Source: Thermofilum sp.
Lineage (GTDB): Archaea > Thermoproteota > Thermoprotei > Thermofilales > Thermofilaceae
Direction: 5' to 3'
Assembly (NCBI GenBank): GCA_038741495.1
Contig: JAVYKX010000001.1
Coordinates: 54,918-118,917 of the forward strand
DNA: 64,000 nucleotides
The position numbers were made by a program, and so were the translations under genes. How positions within the stretch are numbered: the stretch's first letter is position 1; each line of letters begins with the position of its first letter. The notes beneath the pieces were generated by a model, which saw nothing but the letters and a program-made list of their open reading frames with translations, had not been told where the DNA came from and made no database searches. Shown here in pieces: positions 1-9,738 of this stretch.

Positions 1-85
1 TTTCGGCCTCCTGGTAGCTGCGGTCAGCACAGCAGCTTTAAACCTTCACCCCGCCTCGGGGGTTAAACGGATCATCAGCTTAGAC

Positions 86-394
86 TTGAACAGCTCGTAC
101 GGCTTGGCGGCGTTGGTCATCGACTTCGACAACGGGGGGAGGGTGGCGAGGGTGGTCCCCCGCCGCTGGCAGCCTCCTAACACTACTCTTCACGAAAAAA
201 TTGTTGCAGCCCTTCAGAGCGCCGCCGAGAGAGGAGCTCCGAAGCTCCCTGAATCAGAGCCGCTAAGAGGGAAGGTGGAGAAGGTGCTTAAGCGGTTTGG
301 AACACTGACAACGGAGAGGGCCTTTGCGCTCGCCGATCTGCATGAGTCGGTTTTCACGGGTCCCGCGGAAAGCGTATTAACTGTGGCATGTTAA
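86..394 (+). CDS. hypothetical protein
   Basis: 102-aa ORF with TTG start, downstream of TTTAAA/GTTAAA-like boxes; no recognisable motif. Confidence 0.4.
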   Translation: MNSSYGLAALVIDFDNGGRVARVVPRRWQPPNTTLHEKIVAALQSAAERGAPKLPESEPLRGKVEKVLKRFGTLTTERAFALADLHESVFTGPAESVLTVAC

Positions 395-402
395 AGTATT
401 CT

Positions 403-458
403 CGCGATGATGACTTGAACCCGTAAGGAGAGGTGACTTAGGCCGTCGCTTCTGAGCG
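403..458 (+). ncRNA. box C/D guide sRNA (candidate)
   Basis: C box ATGATGA 407-413, C'-like GAGGTGA 430-436, D box CTGA 452-455, terminal stem CGC/GCG; about 55 nt and intergenic; D' box degenerate (AGGA). Confidence 0.7.
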
Positions 459-460
459 CT

Positions 461-610
461 TTAGGCTTTGGGCTCTACCAGTACTCGCTTAACGCGTCTG
501 CGGGTGCGCCAGTAGTGGTACTCGAGAGCTATGATGATGAGGAGGAGCATTAGGCCCACGAAGCCTACAACGAGTAGGATAAAGTCCCAGACTCCGAGAA
601 CGATCTCCAT
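461..610 (-). CDS. small single-pass membrane protein (49 aa, not in ORF track)
   Basis: Manual translation MEIVLGVWDFILLVVGFVGLMLLLIIIALEYHYWRTRRRVKRVLVEPKA*: one hydrophobic helix then a basic tail; fills the gap divergent from thiI. Confidence 0.65.
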   Translation of the reverse strand: MEIVLGVWDFILLVVGFVGLMLLLIIIALEYHYWRTRRRVKRVLVEPKA

Positions 611-658
611 ATCCTAACCCAGTAACCTTTACTACAGGCCAGCTCGATATACCTAACT

Positions 659-2149
659 GTGGGTATTACGCGGGAGCGCTTCAGAGAGTTGATCCTGGTT
701 AGGCTCGGCGAGATCACGCTGAAGGGGAGGACCAGGGAGAAGTTCGAAGCCATACTCATAAGAAATATGCGCAGCGCGCTGAAGTCGGGCGGCATCGAAG
801 CTAGAGTTGAGAGAGGTTTCGGGAGAATCTTTGTTTACTCGGGGCGGGAGGCTGTACCCCTGCTCAGAAGGGTTTTCGGCATCTGGTCCCTATCGCCTGC
901 CGTAGAGGTTGAGTACAGCACGCTGGAGGAGCTGCTGAGCATCAGCGAGGAGGTTTTTCGCGAAGCTGTTCGAGGGAAAACCTTCGCTGTTAGGGCGAGG
1001 AGGATTGGAGTAAGCGCTTTCACCTCTAGAGATATAGAGCGCGAGGTTGGATCCAGGCTCCTCCGCTACTCCGCGGGAGTAGACCTCGAGAAGCCTGAGG
1101 TGACGGCGTACATTGAGGTGAGAGGGAGGAGGGCTTACCTCTACACGGAGGTGGTGCGAGCTTACGGTGGTCTCCCGGTAGGCTCAGAAGGGCGTGTTCT
1201 TGCACTCATCTCGGGGGGTTTCGACTCCGCGGTAGCGGCTTGGTACATGCTTAAGAGAGGGGCTGAAGTGCACTACCTCTTCTGCAACATGGGAGGAGAG
1301 CTGGCAAAACTCTACACGGCTAGGGTTGCTAAGGTGATGGCAGACAACTGGAGCTACGGTTACTCCCCAAAACTCTACGTTGCGGATTTCCGACCCCTTT
1401 TAGCGGATCTCGCCAGGAAAGTTGACCACAGAGTGCTCGGCGTGGTTCTCAAGAGGTTTATGTATAGAGCAGCCGAGCTTATCGCCCGGGAGATAGGTGC
1501 TCACGCGATAGTGACGGGCGAGAGCCTAGGCCAGGTGTCATCCCAAACCTTAGTGAACCTCCACGCTATTGACAGGGCCGTAGCGATGCCGGTTCTCCGG
1601 CCTCTGATAGGGTTCGACAAAGAGGAAATCATAAGGTTGGCGCGAGAGATCGGGGTCTACGAGGAGGCGTCGCTAGTGAGAGAAATCTGCGGAGCCTACT
1701 CCTACCAACCTAGGACGGCATGCAGCCTAGAAGAGGTGCTAGTGGAAGAGAGCAAGGTGGGCTCGCGACACCTCGAGAGCATCTTAGGCTCTATGGAAGT
1801 GCTTAACCTTCGAGACCTCAGCTGGGACGACCTGGCGATTCCCAACGTGGATATCGACAGCTTGCCGAGAGGAAGCGTAGTGCTAGACGTGAGACCAACC
1901 GAAAAGTATTCTGCTTGGCACATACCTGGAAGCATTAACGTGGATGCTGAGCGCGTCGTCGAGCTTGCCCAGAGAATGGGCCGGGATAGGACGTACGTGG
2001 TGGTGTGCGACGAGGGAGGGCTTAGCCGCGAGATCGCCCACAATCTTAGGCTTCTAGGCTTCACCGCGTACAGCCTGAGAGGCGGGATAAGGAGAGCGAG
2101 GAGGCAGTACAGCAAACTACTCGGGGCTGGCGAGAGGAATGGCTCTTAG
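659..2149 (+). CDS. thiI: tRNA 4-thiouridine synthase ThiI (THUMP + PP-loop + rhodanese)
   Basis: N-terminal GEITLKG, THUMP domain, SGGFDS PP-loop, TGESLGQVSSQTL, C-terminal rhodanese domain with VVCDEG. Confidence 0.95.
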   Translation: MGITRERFRELILVRLGEITLKGRTREKFEAILIRNMRSALKSGGIEARVERGFGRIFVYSGREAVPLLRRVFGIWSLSPAVEVEYSTLEELLSISEEVFREAVRGKTFAVRARRIGVSAFTSRDIEREVGSRLLRYSAGVDLEKPEVTAYIEVRGRRAYLYTEVVRAYGGLPVGSEGRVLALISGGFDSAVAAWYMLKRGAEVHYLFCNMGGELAKLYTARVAKVMADNWSYGYSPKLYVADFRPLLADLARKVDHRVLGVVLKRFMYRAAELIAREIGAHAIVTGESLGQVSSQTLVNLHAIDRAVAMPVLRPLIGFDKEEIIRLAREIGVYEEASLVREICGAYSYQPRTACSLEEVLVEESKVGSRHLESILGSMEVLNLRDLSWDDLAIPNVDIDSLPRGSVVLDVRPTEKYSAWHIPGSINVDAERVVELAQRMGRDRTYVVVCDEGGLSREIAHNLRLLGFTAYSLRGGIRRARRQYSKLLGAGERNGS

Positions 2150-4406
2150 GGTGAGGGTTGTTGGGATAGTTCAGGGGGTGGGTTTCCGCCCCCACGTCTA
2201 CAGGTTGGCGAAGTCTCTCGGATTGAAAGGTTACGTGAAAAACCTCGGCGGCGCTGAGGTAGAGATATGGATCGAGGGGGATGGTGCAGCTCTCGAAGAC
2301 TTTATTCGCGCGCTCCGCGAGAAAACCCCGAAAGCTTCAGAAATAGAGGAGATGGTGATTTTTCCAGAGGAGCCGAGAGGGTACTCGGACTTTACTATCG
2401 AGAAAAGTGAGGCGGAGAAGTCTAGGCTTTCGATGATCCCACCCGATTTCGGAGTCTGTAGCGACTGTCTACGTGAAGTCCTGAACCCGAATTCCCGCTG
2501 GTACCGCTACCCCTTCCATAGCTGTGCTTGGTGTGGGCCGCGCTTCACGGTCGTTTACCGTCCGCCCTACGACAGAGGTAACACGTCGTGGAAGGACTTC
2601 CCCCTCTGTCCCGAGTGCCTGAAGGAGTATGTAGACCCATCTAACTTGAGGAGGTTTCACATACAGGGCATCTCGTGCCCTCGCTGCGGTCCAAGGCTTC
2701 GGCTAGTCGATGGAAGGGGTGAGGAAGTTGAGGGCGACCCTATATCCACTGCCGCGAAGCTTGTAGACGAGCAGTTCATAGTCGCTGTGAAGGGTGTCGG
2801 CGGTTTTCACCTGGCGGCGCTGGCGACGGAGGACGATGTGGTGGCAAAGCTTAGAGCTAGAAAGCGGAGGAAGCGGAAGCCCCTCGCGGTAATGGCGCTC
2901 GACATCAAGACCGCTGAGAAAATCGTCGAAGTGTCAGAGAGGGCTCGAGAGGTTCTTGAAAGTCCGGCTCGACCCATAGTCATCCTGCCAAGGAGGGAGG
3001 AGGGCTACGTCTCAAAGCTTGTGGCTCCCAACTTGAAAACCCTAGGGGTTATGCTCGCCTATACTCCTCTCCACTACCTTCTCCTTCTCGAAACGAGGGA
3101 TAAGTTTCTCGTAATGACGAGCGGTAACGAGAGCGGTGAGCCTATAATCAGGGATAACAGTGAAGCGCTGAGCAGGCTTGGCCACGTTGCCGACTTCTTC
3201 CTGATCCACGATAGAGAGATCGTGAATAGGGTGGACGATAGCGTGGTTCGCTTCACCGACGGCGACCTAACCATCATACGCCGGGCGAGAGGTTACGCGC
3301 CGAGATGGCTGAACCTCCCGAGAGAGGTGAAGAGAAGCGGGATAGCCACCGGAGCCATGCTGATGAACACAGCAGCGGTAGCCGCTGAAACTTACATCAT
3401 TCCCACACAGCACATCGGAGACGTAGAAAACCTTGAGACGCTGGACTTTATGCGAGAAGCGCTCGAGTTCCTAGTGGACGCCTACAAGCTAAACTTGAAA
3501 GAAGCGCTGGTAGCCTCCGACAAGCACCCAGGCTACCCGACCAGAGCCTTCGCCCTCGAATTAGCGGAGAAGTGGTGCGCTGATTACCTTGAGGTTCAGC
3601 ACCATGTTGCTCACATAGCAGCGGGAATGCTGGAGCACAAGCTTGAGGAGAGCGTGGGCATCGCTATCGATGGAGTAGGTTATGGCGACGACGGCCAAGT
3701 TTGGGGAGGCGAAGTGATACATCTTTCAAGCGGCTCTGGCTACTGCCGCGTAGGCCACCTCGAGTACTTTCCCCTGCCTGGCGGCGACCGAGCGGCAGAG
3801 TACCCTGCGAGGATCCTCCTCGGTGTGCTTGTGGAAACCCTGGGCCCCGAAGAGGGGTTCAGGAGCTTCGTGGAGAAAGGTTACCACACCTTCCTCCCCG
3901 GAGGGTTCAGCGAAGCTATGGCTGCACTCTCTCAAACGAGCAAAGCCCCTCTTGCCTCAAGCACGGGGCGCTTCCTAGACGCTGTAGCGGCTGCACTCGG
4001 GGTTGCGCACGAGAGAAGCTACGAAGGGGAGCCTGCGATCACGCTGGAGGAGTTTAGCTGGGGAGGAGAGCTTGTGCCGCTCCCCATAGAAGTAGAGGGG
4101 GGAGTTGTGCTCGTGAAGGAGTTTCTTGCGGAGCTAGCTTCAGGCGCCTACGCTTCGTTCCACCCCAAAGACGTAGCTAGGAGCGCTCAGCAGCTACTGG
4201 GGAGGGCTCTCGCCACGGTAGCCCGCGAGGAGGGGGCCAGGAGAGTGGTGGTGAGCGGGGGCGCCGCCCTCAACAGCTATATCGTTAAGGGCATTAGGGA
4301 AGTTCTCGGAAGGGATGCCGTCCTCCTTCCGCGTAAGCTCCCTCCAGGTGATGGGGGTTTGTCAGCTGGCCAGCTGTACTACGCTTTTCTGGAGAAGCTG
4401 CTGTAG
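2139..4406 (+). CDS. hypF: hydrogenase maturation carbamoyltransferase HypF
   Basis: Acylphosphatase domain GIVQGVGFRP, zinc fingers CxxC..CAWCGPRF and CPRCGP, KGVGGFHL, QHHVAH, GDGGLSAGQ. Confidence 0.97.
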   Translation: MALRVRVVGIVQGVGFRPHVYRLAKSLGLKGYVKNLGGAEVEIWIEGDGAALEDFIRALREKTPKASEIEEMVIFPEEPRGYSDFTIEKSEAEKSRLSMIPPDFGVCSDCLREVLNPNSRWYRYPFHSCAWCGPRFTVVYRPPYDRGNTSWKDFPLCPECLKEYVDPSNLRRFHIQGISCPRCGPRLRLVDGRGEEVEGDPISTAAKLVDEQFIVAVKGVGGFHLAALATEDDVVAKLRARKRRKRKPLAVMALDIKTAEKIVEVSERAREVLESPARPIVILPRREEGYVSKLVAPNLKTLGVMLAYTPLHYLLLLETRDKFLVMTSGNESGEPIIRDNSEALSRLGHVADFFLIHDREIVNRVDDSVVRFTDGDLTIIRRARGYAPRWLNLPREVKRSGIATGAMLMNTAAVAAETYIIPTQHIGDVENLETLDFMREALEFLVDAYKLNLKEALVASDKHPGYPTRAFALELAEKWCADYLEVQHHVAHIAAGMLEHKLEESVGIAIDGVGYGDDGQVWGGEVIHLSSGSGYCRVGHLEYFPLPGGDRAAEYPARILLGVLVETLGPEEGFRSFVEKGYHTFLPGGFSEAMAALSQTSKAPLASSTGRFLDAVAAALGVAHERSYEGEPAITLEEFSWGGELVPLPIEVEGGVVLVKEFLAELASGAYASFHPKDVARSAQQLLGRALATVAREEGARRVVVSGGAALNSYIVKGIREVLGRDAVLLPRKLPPGDGGLSAGQLYYAFLEKLL

Positions 4407-4471
4407 CCGCGCGCTCTTTTCACAGCACCTCTGAAGGCCAAAGCTAGAACTTTAAGCTTCCACGCGTACAG

Positions 4472-5365
4472 TTGCCGATGACCGTCTACGCGCTCGAAAG
4501 CTCAGGTGGCTTAGCCGCTAGGCTGGCTGCGGGTACTGGCGACAGGCTCGTCTTTGTCGAAAAGAAGGAGTTTCCCGACGGCGAGACATACGTTAGAATA
4601 CCTGAGAAGCCCGAGGGTGTTGCCGTGCTCGTAGGATCCCTGTACCCACCTCAGGACAAGAGGCTCGTGGAACTCCTACTCGCTACGGAGGCTCTTTCGG
4701 CGGTAAGCCCAGACAGAGTCGTCCTGGTCGTACCCTACCTGGCTTACGCAAGGCAGGATAGGAGATTCCTGGAAGGTGAGCCCATCAGCGTGAAAGTTGT
4801 CTTGAAGAGCCTTGAAGCCGCTGGCGCCTCCGGCCTCATAGTTGTCGACGTCCACAAGCCATCATCACTTGAGGAGTACCTGAGCATCCCTCACAGGAAC
4901 GTTGTACCCAGCAGGGAAATTGCAGAGTACTTCTCGGGCAAGCTCTCCAACCCTCTCGTCCTAGCTCCCGACGCTGGAGCTCTCGAGAGGGCGCGTGCCG
5001 TGGCAGAGCACCTGGGAGCCGAGTACGACTACATCGTGAAGGAGCGCGACAGGGTTAGCGGTGAGGTGAAAGTTCGGCCGAGAAGCTTTGACGTGAGGGG
5101 CAGGGATGTCTTAATCGTCGACGATATAGTGAGCACTGGAGGGACAATGGCGCTTGCTGCGCGCGAAGCTCTAAAGCAGGGTGCTGCAGGAGTTTTCGCC
5201 GCTTGCTCTCACGCTGTCATGGTTCGGGGTGCACTCGACCTTATGCTCAGCTCGGGAATAAAAGAAGTTGTAGCAACGGACACTGTCCCATCACAGGTCT
5301 CCAAGATCACTGTCGCCCCTTCCCTGGTAGAAGGACTCCGGTCCCTCCTCGACGAGATGTTATAG
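4472..5365 (+). CDS. prs: ribose-phosphate pyrophosphokinase
   Basis: FPDGETYVRI, PYLAYARQDR, PRPP motif IVDDIVSTGGT. Confidence 0.95.
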   Translation: MPMTVYALESSGGLAARLAAGTGDRLVFVEKKEFPDGETYVRIPEKPEGVAVLVGSLYPPQDKRLVELLLATEALSAVSPDRVVLVVPYLAYARQDRRFLEGEPISVKVVLKSLEAAGASGLIVVDVHKPSSLEEYLSIPHRNVVPSREIAEYFSGKLSNPLVLAPDAGALERARAVAEHLGAEYDYIVKERDRVSGEVKVRPRSFDVRGRDVLIVDDIVSTGGTMALAAREALKQGAAGVFAACSHAVMVRGALDLMLSSGIKEVVATDTVPSQVSKITVAPSLVEGLRSLLDEML

Positions 5366-5421
5366 GCACAGTCCTCTCGTCTCAGGAAAGCTTATTTCTG
5401 AGTAGACACTACGACTTTCCC

Positions 5422-6639
5422 GTGGCGATAGACCAGGTTCAGTTTCTCGAGGAGCTTGTTCGAATACCTTCCGTCTCCGCTTTTGGCGAAAGAGGGGTTG
5501 TCAGGCAGAACTACCGGAAAGCAGCAGACACCGTCGCCAGATACGCGGCTGAAGCGGGGCTCGAAGTGAAGGTAGAGGACCTTCTCGGAGGCGAAATCCC
5601 CACGGTACTGGTCAGCCTGCCGGAGAAAGCCTCAGGAAAGCCTTCGGTGGCGTTCGTCACGCATTACGACGTCGTTCCAGCTCGAGCCCCTTGGCTCGTG
5701 GAGGGACGTGAGGTCGACCCCTTCGAACCTCTCGTGATCGGCGGCAAGGTTTACGGCAGGGGGGCTGCCGACGACAAGTCGGCTATCGTTGCCACCATCT
5801 GCGGGCTTGCAGATATAGGCAGCGCGCGCGAGTTGCGGTACAACCCGGTAGTAGTCGTCACCGGTGATGAGGAAGTTGGCGGAACGGGTGTGCGCGCGCT
5901 TCTCGACAAAGGGTACAGGTGGGACAGGGTGATCATCGTCGACTCCGGTTCCGAGTACGTGAGCATCGGAGCTAGCGGTGTGATAGCGGGCTGGATCAAG
6001 GTTACCGGGCGCTCCGGCCACGCAGGCTACCCACATCAGGCTCGAAACGCTGCAGAAGAGCTTTTCGAGCTCCTCAGCGAGCTCAAGAGCTTTAAAGTGA
6101 AGCGGGCGAGCAAGCTTTCGAGGCTGCCGGCTCCGCCTGGGAGCCCTGTGAGCAGGGTTTGGGGGAGGTTTTCTCTCACGATACTGAAGCTTCCTCCCTC
6201 AGAGCCTGAGAAGCACAACAGAATCCCCGGAGAGGCGTGGGCTGGCTTCGACATGAGGCTCCTCCCTGAGGAGAGTGTAGAGGAAGGTTTACGCGAGCTT
6301 TTCGAGGCCTTCTCCTCGGCGATCGCCACTTCGAGAGTTCAAGCAGTGCTCGAGGTGGTCGCGGCTCAGAGGGGATGGTACGCGAAGAACGAGGAATTCG
6401 TATCCGAGGTCCTAGCTGCAGCTAGGCAGGCCTACAGGGATGCTGGGCTCGAAGGTGATGTGGGTCTAGCCGGCGAGCTTGGCGGCAACGACGGTACCTA
6501 CTTCGATGCGAAAGGCATGGACGTAGTAGCTTTCGGGACGATACGCAGCGGCACCAACATACACTCTGAGGGAGAGTTCGTCTACGTCAAAGACATTGAA
6601 ATGTACCGCTACTTTATGAGGCGCCTGCTCTCGGGGTGA
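5422..6639 (+). CDS. M20/M25/M40 family metallo-hydrolase (ArgE/DapE-like)
   Basis: THYDVVP, GRGAADDKS, GDEEVG, GHAGYP, NIHSEGE; start moved to GTG 5422 to remove the long overlap with prs. Confidence 0.9.
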   Translation: MAIDQVQFLEELVRIPSVSAFGERGVVRQNYRKAADTVARYAAEAGLEVKVEDLLGGEIPTVLVSLPEKASGKPSVAFVTHYDVVPARAPWLVEGREVDPFEPLVIGGKVYGRGAADDKSAIVATICGLADIGSARELRYNPVVVVTGDEEVGGTGVRALLDKGYRWDRVIIVDSGSEYVSIGASGVIAGWIKVTGRSGHAGYPHQARNAAEELFELLSELKSFKVKRASKLSRLPAPPGSPVSRVWGRFSLTILKLPPSEPEKHNRIPGEAWAGFDMRLLPEESVEEGLRELFEAFSSAIATSRVQAVLEVVAAQRGWYAKNEEFVSEVLAAARQAYRDAGLEGDVGLAGELGGNDGTYFDAKGMDVVAFGTIRSGTNIHSEGEFVYVKDIEMYRYFMRRLLSG

Positions 6640-6643
6640 TTCT

Positions 6644-7339
6644 TTGAAAGTATCCGTGAAGTACATCGCGCTATACCGCGACCTCGCCGGGACCTCTGAG
6701 GAGATCATAGAGCTGCCAGGAGAGTCGAGCGTTAGAGACCTTCTCGAGGCCGTAGCGCTGAAGCACCACGCGCTCGGCGAGTATCTGGGCAGCGGGGAGG
6801 CAGTCGTCCTCGTGGACGGAAAAGCCGCCCAGATGAGTGATAGGCTGCGAGACGGCTGCGAAGTCGTGGTTATGCCGCCAATCTCTGGGGGCTCGAACTA
6901 CGGCTTTGTCGAGAAGATCGATCCTGCCAAGTACCTTGAAGCTTTCCTGAGCGGTTTGAGCGACGATGTAGGCGCGGTAGCGGTTTTCATTGGTCGGGTG
7001 AAAAGCGTTATCGATGACAAGCAAGTTGAAAACTTGGAGTACGAGGTTCTCGAACCTCACTCAACCGAAGCGTTGGCCAGCATAGGAGAAGAGGAGGCTA
7101 GGAAGCATGCACTTCGCTCTGTGTGCATCTACCACAAGAAAGGGAGCGCTCTACCGGGCGAACCAGTCCTCTTCATAGCAGTCGCGTCCAGAGGCCGCAG
7201 GGAGGCTCTCGCAGCTCTTGCAGAGATCCTGGAGAGAGTTAAGCACGAAGCTTTCGTCTGGAAGCTGGAGAGAAGAGAAGACGGAGAGTACTGGATCCTC
7301 GGCGATTCTAGAAGAGTTCCTCGCGGGAGGGCTCCTTAA
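6644..7339 (+). CDS. moaE: MoaD-MoaE fusion (molybdopterin synthase)
   Basis: N-terminal ubiquitin-like domain ending PPISGG, then a MoaE domain ([18 protein letters not shown]). Confidence 0.9.
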   Translation: MKVSVKYIALYRDLAGTSEEIIELPGESSVRDLLEAVALKHHALGEYLGSGEAVVLVDGKAAQMSDRLRDGCEVVVMPPISGGSNYGFVEKIDPAKYLEAFLSGLSDDVGAVAVFIGRVKSVIDDKQVENLEYEVLEPHSTEALASIGEEEARKHALRSVCIYHKKGSALPGEPVLFIAVASRGRREALAALAEILERVKHEAFVWKLERREDGEYWILGDSRRVPRGRAP

Positions 7340-7766
7340 CCTTCTCAACAACTCTTATCTCCGTGATCTCGGTGGTTGGGTACTGCCCTCTCTCATCTTT
7401 CTCCATGCTTTTCACCATGTCCCAAACGGTGAGAAGAGCCACTGCGACACCGGCGAGGGCTTCCATTTCCACACCTGTTTTAGCTGTAGACTTCACCGTC
7501 ACCACCGCCTCGACTCCGTTGTCGGCAACGCGCAGATCCACGTCGACGCCTGTTATCGGAATTGGATGACACAGGGGGATGATCTCCCAAGTTTTCTTTA
7601 CAGCGAGTATCGCAGCAGCCTTAGCTACGGTCAGCACGTCTCCTTTGGGAACCCTCCCCTGCTTTATAGCCTCCAGCGTCTCGTTCCTTAGCTTGATGAA
7701 GCCTCGGGCTACAGCTTGCCGGAAGGAAACCTCCTTCTCGGTTATGTCAACCATTTTGACGCTCAT
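7308..7766 (-). CDS. moaC: cyclic pyranopterin monophosphate synthase MoaC
   Basis: [28 protein letters not shown]. Confidence 0.97.
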   Translation of the reverse strand: MSVKMVDITEKEVSFRQAVARGFIKLRNETLEAIKQGRVPKGDVLTVAKAAAILAVKKTWEIIPLCHPIPITGVDVDLRVADNGVEAVVTVKSTAKTGVEMEALAGVAVALLTVWDMVKSMEKDERGQYPTTEITEIRVVEKVKEPSREELF

Positions 7767-7772
7767 AGCTCG

Positions 7773-8318
7773 TCACCGGCTTCGGGCTAGACTGAGCAGG
7801 TGTCCAGCTTCAGGTATTATTAAGCTTTGAAGAGCTTTCTCTACGGCTTTCGGTGAACCAGGAACGCAGAAGATTACTTTACCTTTGAGGATCCCCGCCG
7901 TGGCGGATGAGAGGAATGCAGATGAGGTTACATCGAAGAAGCTTAAAAGCCTGAATACATCGCCGAAACCTTCCAGCTCTTTCTCGAAAGCACTCCTGAG
8001 CGTTAAAACCGTTATATCGCTGGGTGCTGGGCCGGTACCCCCGCTGAAAATTATCACATCTATATCCTCCCTGTACACGAGCTCTGCTAGAGTCCGGAGA
8101 ATTAGCCGCGGGTCGTCTGGGATCAGTCTGTAAGCTACAACCGGGAAACCTTTCTGGGAGAGCAAGCTGGCAGCAACGGCAAAGGACTCGTCCTCAACTA
8201 CTTTCCCCTCTCTCTTGGCTTCGTACCTAGAAGTGCTCACGGTGACAAATGCGAATCGAATTTCACTGGGGCTTTTCTCCTTGTGCTTCTCGTGAGGGTA
8301 GCTCATCACCAGTACCAA
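7773..8318 (-). CDS. moaB: MogA/MoaB molybdenum cofactor biosynthesis protein
   Basis: VTVSTSR, IPDD, SGGTGPAPSDIT, PGSPKAV. Confidence 0.93.
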   Translation of the reverse strand: MVLVMSYPHEKHKEKSPSEIRFAFVTVSTSRYEAKREGKVVEDESFAVAASLLSQKGFPVVAYRLIPDDPRLILRTLAELVYREDIDVIIFSGGTGPAPSDITVLTLRSAFEKELEGFGDVFRLLSFFDVTSSAFLSSATAGILKGKVIFCVPGSPKAVEKALQSLIIPEAGHLLSLARSR

Positions 8319-8349
8319 CCGAGGCCGACATAAGTGGTTTTTTAATAGA

Positions 8350-9738
8350 GTGAGCCTTTGCTTTCCGGTGCCTGTGAACGAGCTGAGCGGCTATGGAGAG
8401 GAGGTGATAGGGCTTCTCAAGCGCACAGGAGCAGGCCTATTCTCGAGAGTGAGGGTAAAGCTCCGGGACGGCTTAGAGCTTGAAGGGCTGGTTATGCCCA
8501 GGCCGCGTGTTGGCGACAGCAGGGTGCTCATCCTAAAGCTTGAGAACGGGTACAACGTCGGCGTCGCTGTCGACAGGATCGAGGACCTCAAGCTCGAAGA
8601 GCAGTACTCGGCGGAAGCCCAGCCCCTCGCCCCCTCACGGGAAGCTTCGCTTAAGGGGAACCTCCCCAAGGTGGTGTTCTTGGGAACAGGCGGCACCATC
8701 GCATCCAGGGTGGACTACGTCACCGGTGCTGTTTACCCCTATTTCACCGCAGAGGAGCTCTACTCCATGATACCCGAGCTAGAAGATATAGCGGTCGTGC
8801 AGACGGAGACTCTTTTCAGTATTTTCAGCGAGGATATGACTCCTAGGCACTGGTCTAAGCTGGCTCAGAGCATCGCGGAGATCTACGAAAAGGAGGCGCC
8901 TGCCGGTGTGGTAGTCGCTCACGGTACTGATACCATGCACTACAGCGCCTCAGCCATAGCGTTCGCGGCGAGACAGCTTCCAGGGCCCGTTGTGTTCACA
9001 GGAGCTCAGAGATCCTCAGACAGGCCTTCGAGCGATGCTGCGCTGAACGTTATCGGCGCTACGCTCACTGCGGTTGCAGCCCCCTTCGCTGAGTCAGTTA
9101 TAGCTATGCATGGAGGCTCCGGAGACGAGCACGTGCTCGTGCACAGGGGGGTGCGTGCCAGGAAAATGCACTCAAGCCGGAGAGACGCATTCATGAGCGT
9201 CAACAGCTTACCGCTTGCAAAGGTGGAGCTAGCGGCTCGCAAGCTGGTTCTGCTGCAGAAAGAGTACAAGCCCAGAGCCGACGAAGTGGAGGTTTACCCC
9301 AAGTTCTGCGAGAAGGTAGCGCTAGTTAAATTCTATCCGGGGATGGAGCCCGACGTCTTCGAGTACCTCCGCGAGCGGGGCTACAGAGGCATCGTTATTG
9401 AAGGAACGGGGCTCGGGCACGTGCGCACTTCCCTCATAGAGAGCATAGCTAGCCTCGTGAAGGAAGGAGTTTTCGTCGTGATGACGACCCAGTGCCTCTG
9501 GGGGCGAGTGAATATGAACGTTTATAGAACTGGAGTAGAGCTGCTCAGAGCTGGGGTTGTCCCGGCTGAGGACATGCTGCCTGAAACGGCATTCGTTAAG
9601 CTCAGCTGGGTGCTCGGTCAAGCAGAAGATCTCGACGAGGCCAGAAAACTATTCACAAAGAACCTGGCTTACGAAGTGAGCAGCCGGTCGGAGTTCGCCA
9701 CCTATCCTGGGGCTGACTGGTGGGAGCGATGCAGGTGA
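8350..9738 (+). CDS. gatD: Glu-tRNA(Gln) amidotransferase subunit D
   Basis: KLENGYNVG N-terminal domain, TGGTIASRVDY, HGTDT, GAQRSSDRPSSD. Confidence 0.97.
   Translation: MSLCFPVPVNELSGYGEEVIGLLKRTGAGLFSRVRVKLRDGLELEGLVMPRPRVGDSRVLILKLENGYNVGVAVDRIEDLKLEEQYSAEAQPLAPSREASLKGNLPKVVFLGTGGTIASRVDYVTGAVYPYFTAEELYSMIPELEDIAVVQTETLFSIFSEDMTPRHWSKLAQSIAEIYEKEAPAGVVVAHGTDTMHYSASAIAFAARQLPGPVVFTGAQRSSDRPSSDAALNVIGATLTAVAAPFAESVIAMHGGSGDEHVLVHRGVRARKMHSSRRDAFMSVNSLPLAKVELAARKLVLLQKEYKPRADEVEVYPKFCEKVALVKFYPGMEPDVFEYLRERGYRGIVIEGTGLGHVRTSLIESIASLVKEGVFVVMTTQCLWGRVNMNVYRTGVELLRAGVVPAEDMLPETAFVKLSWVLGQAEDLDEARKLFTKNLAYEVSSRSEFATYPGADWWERCR

Noticed and set aside
5203-5421. N-terminal extension of the M20 peptidase
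   Set aside because: It overlaps prs by about 160 nt; family-like sequence starts near GTG 5422.
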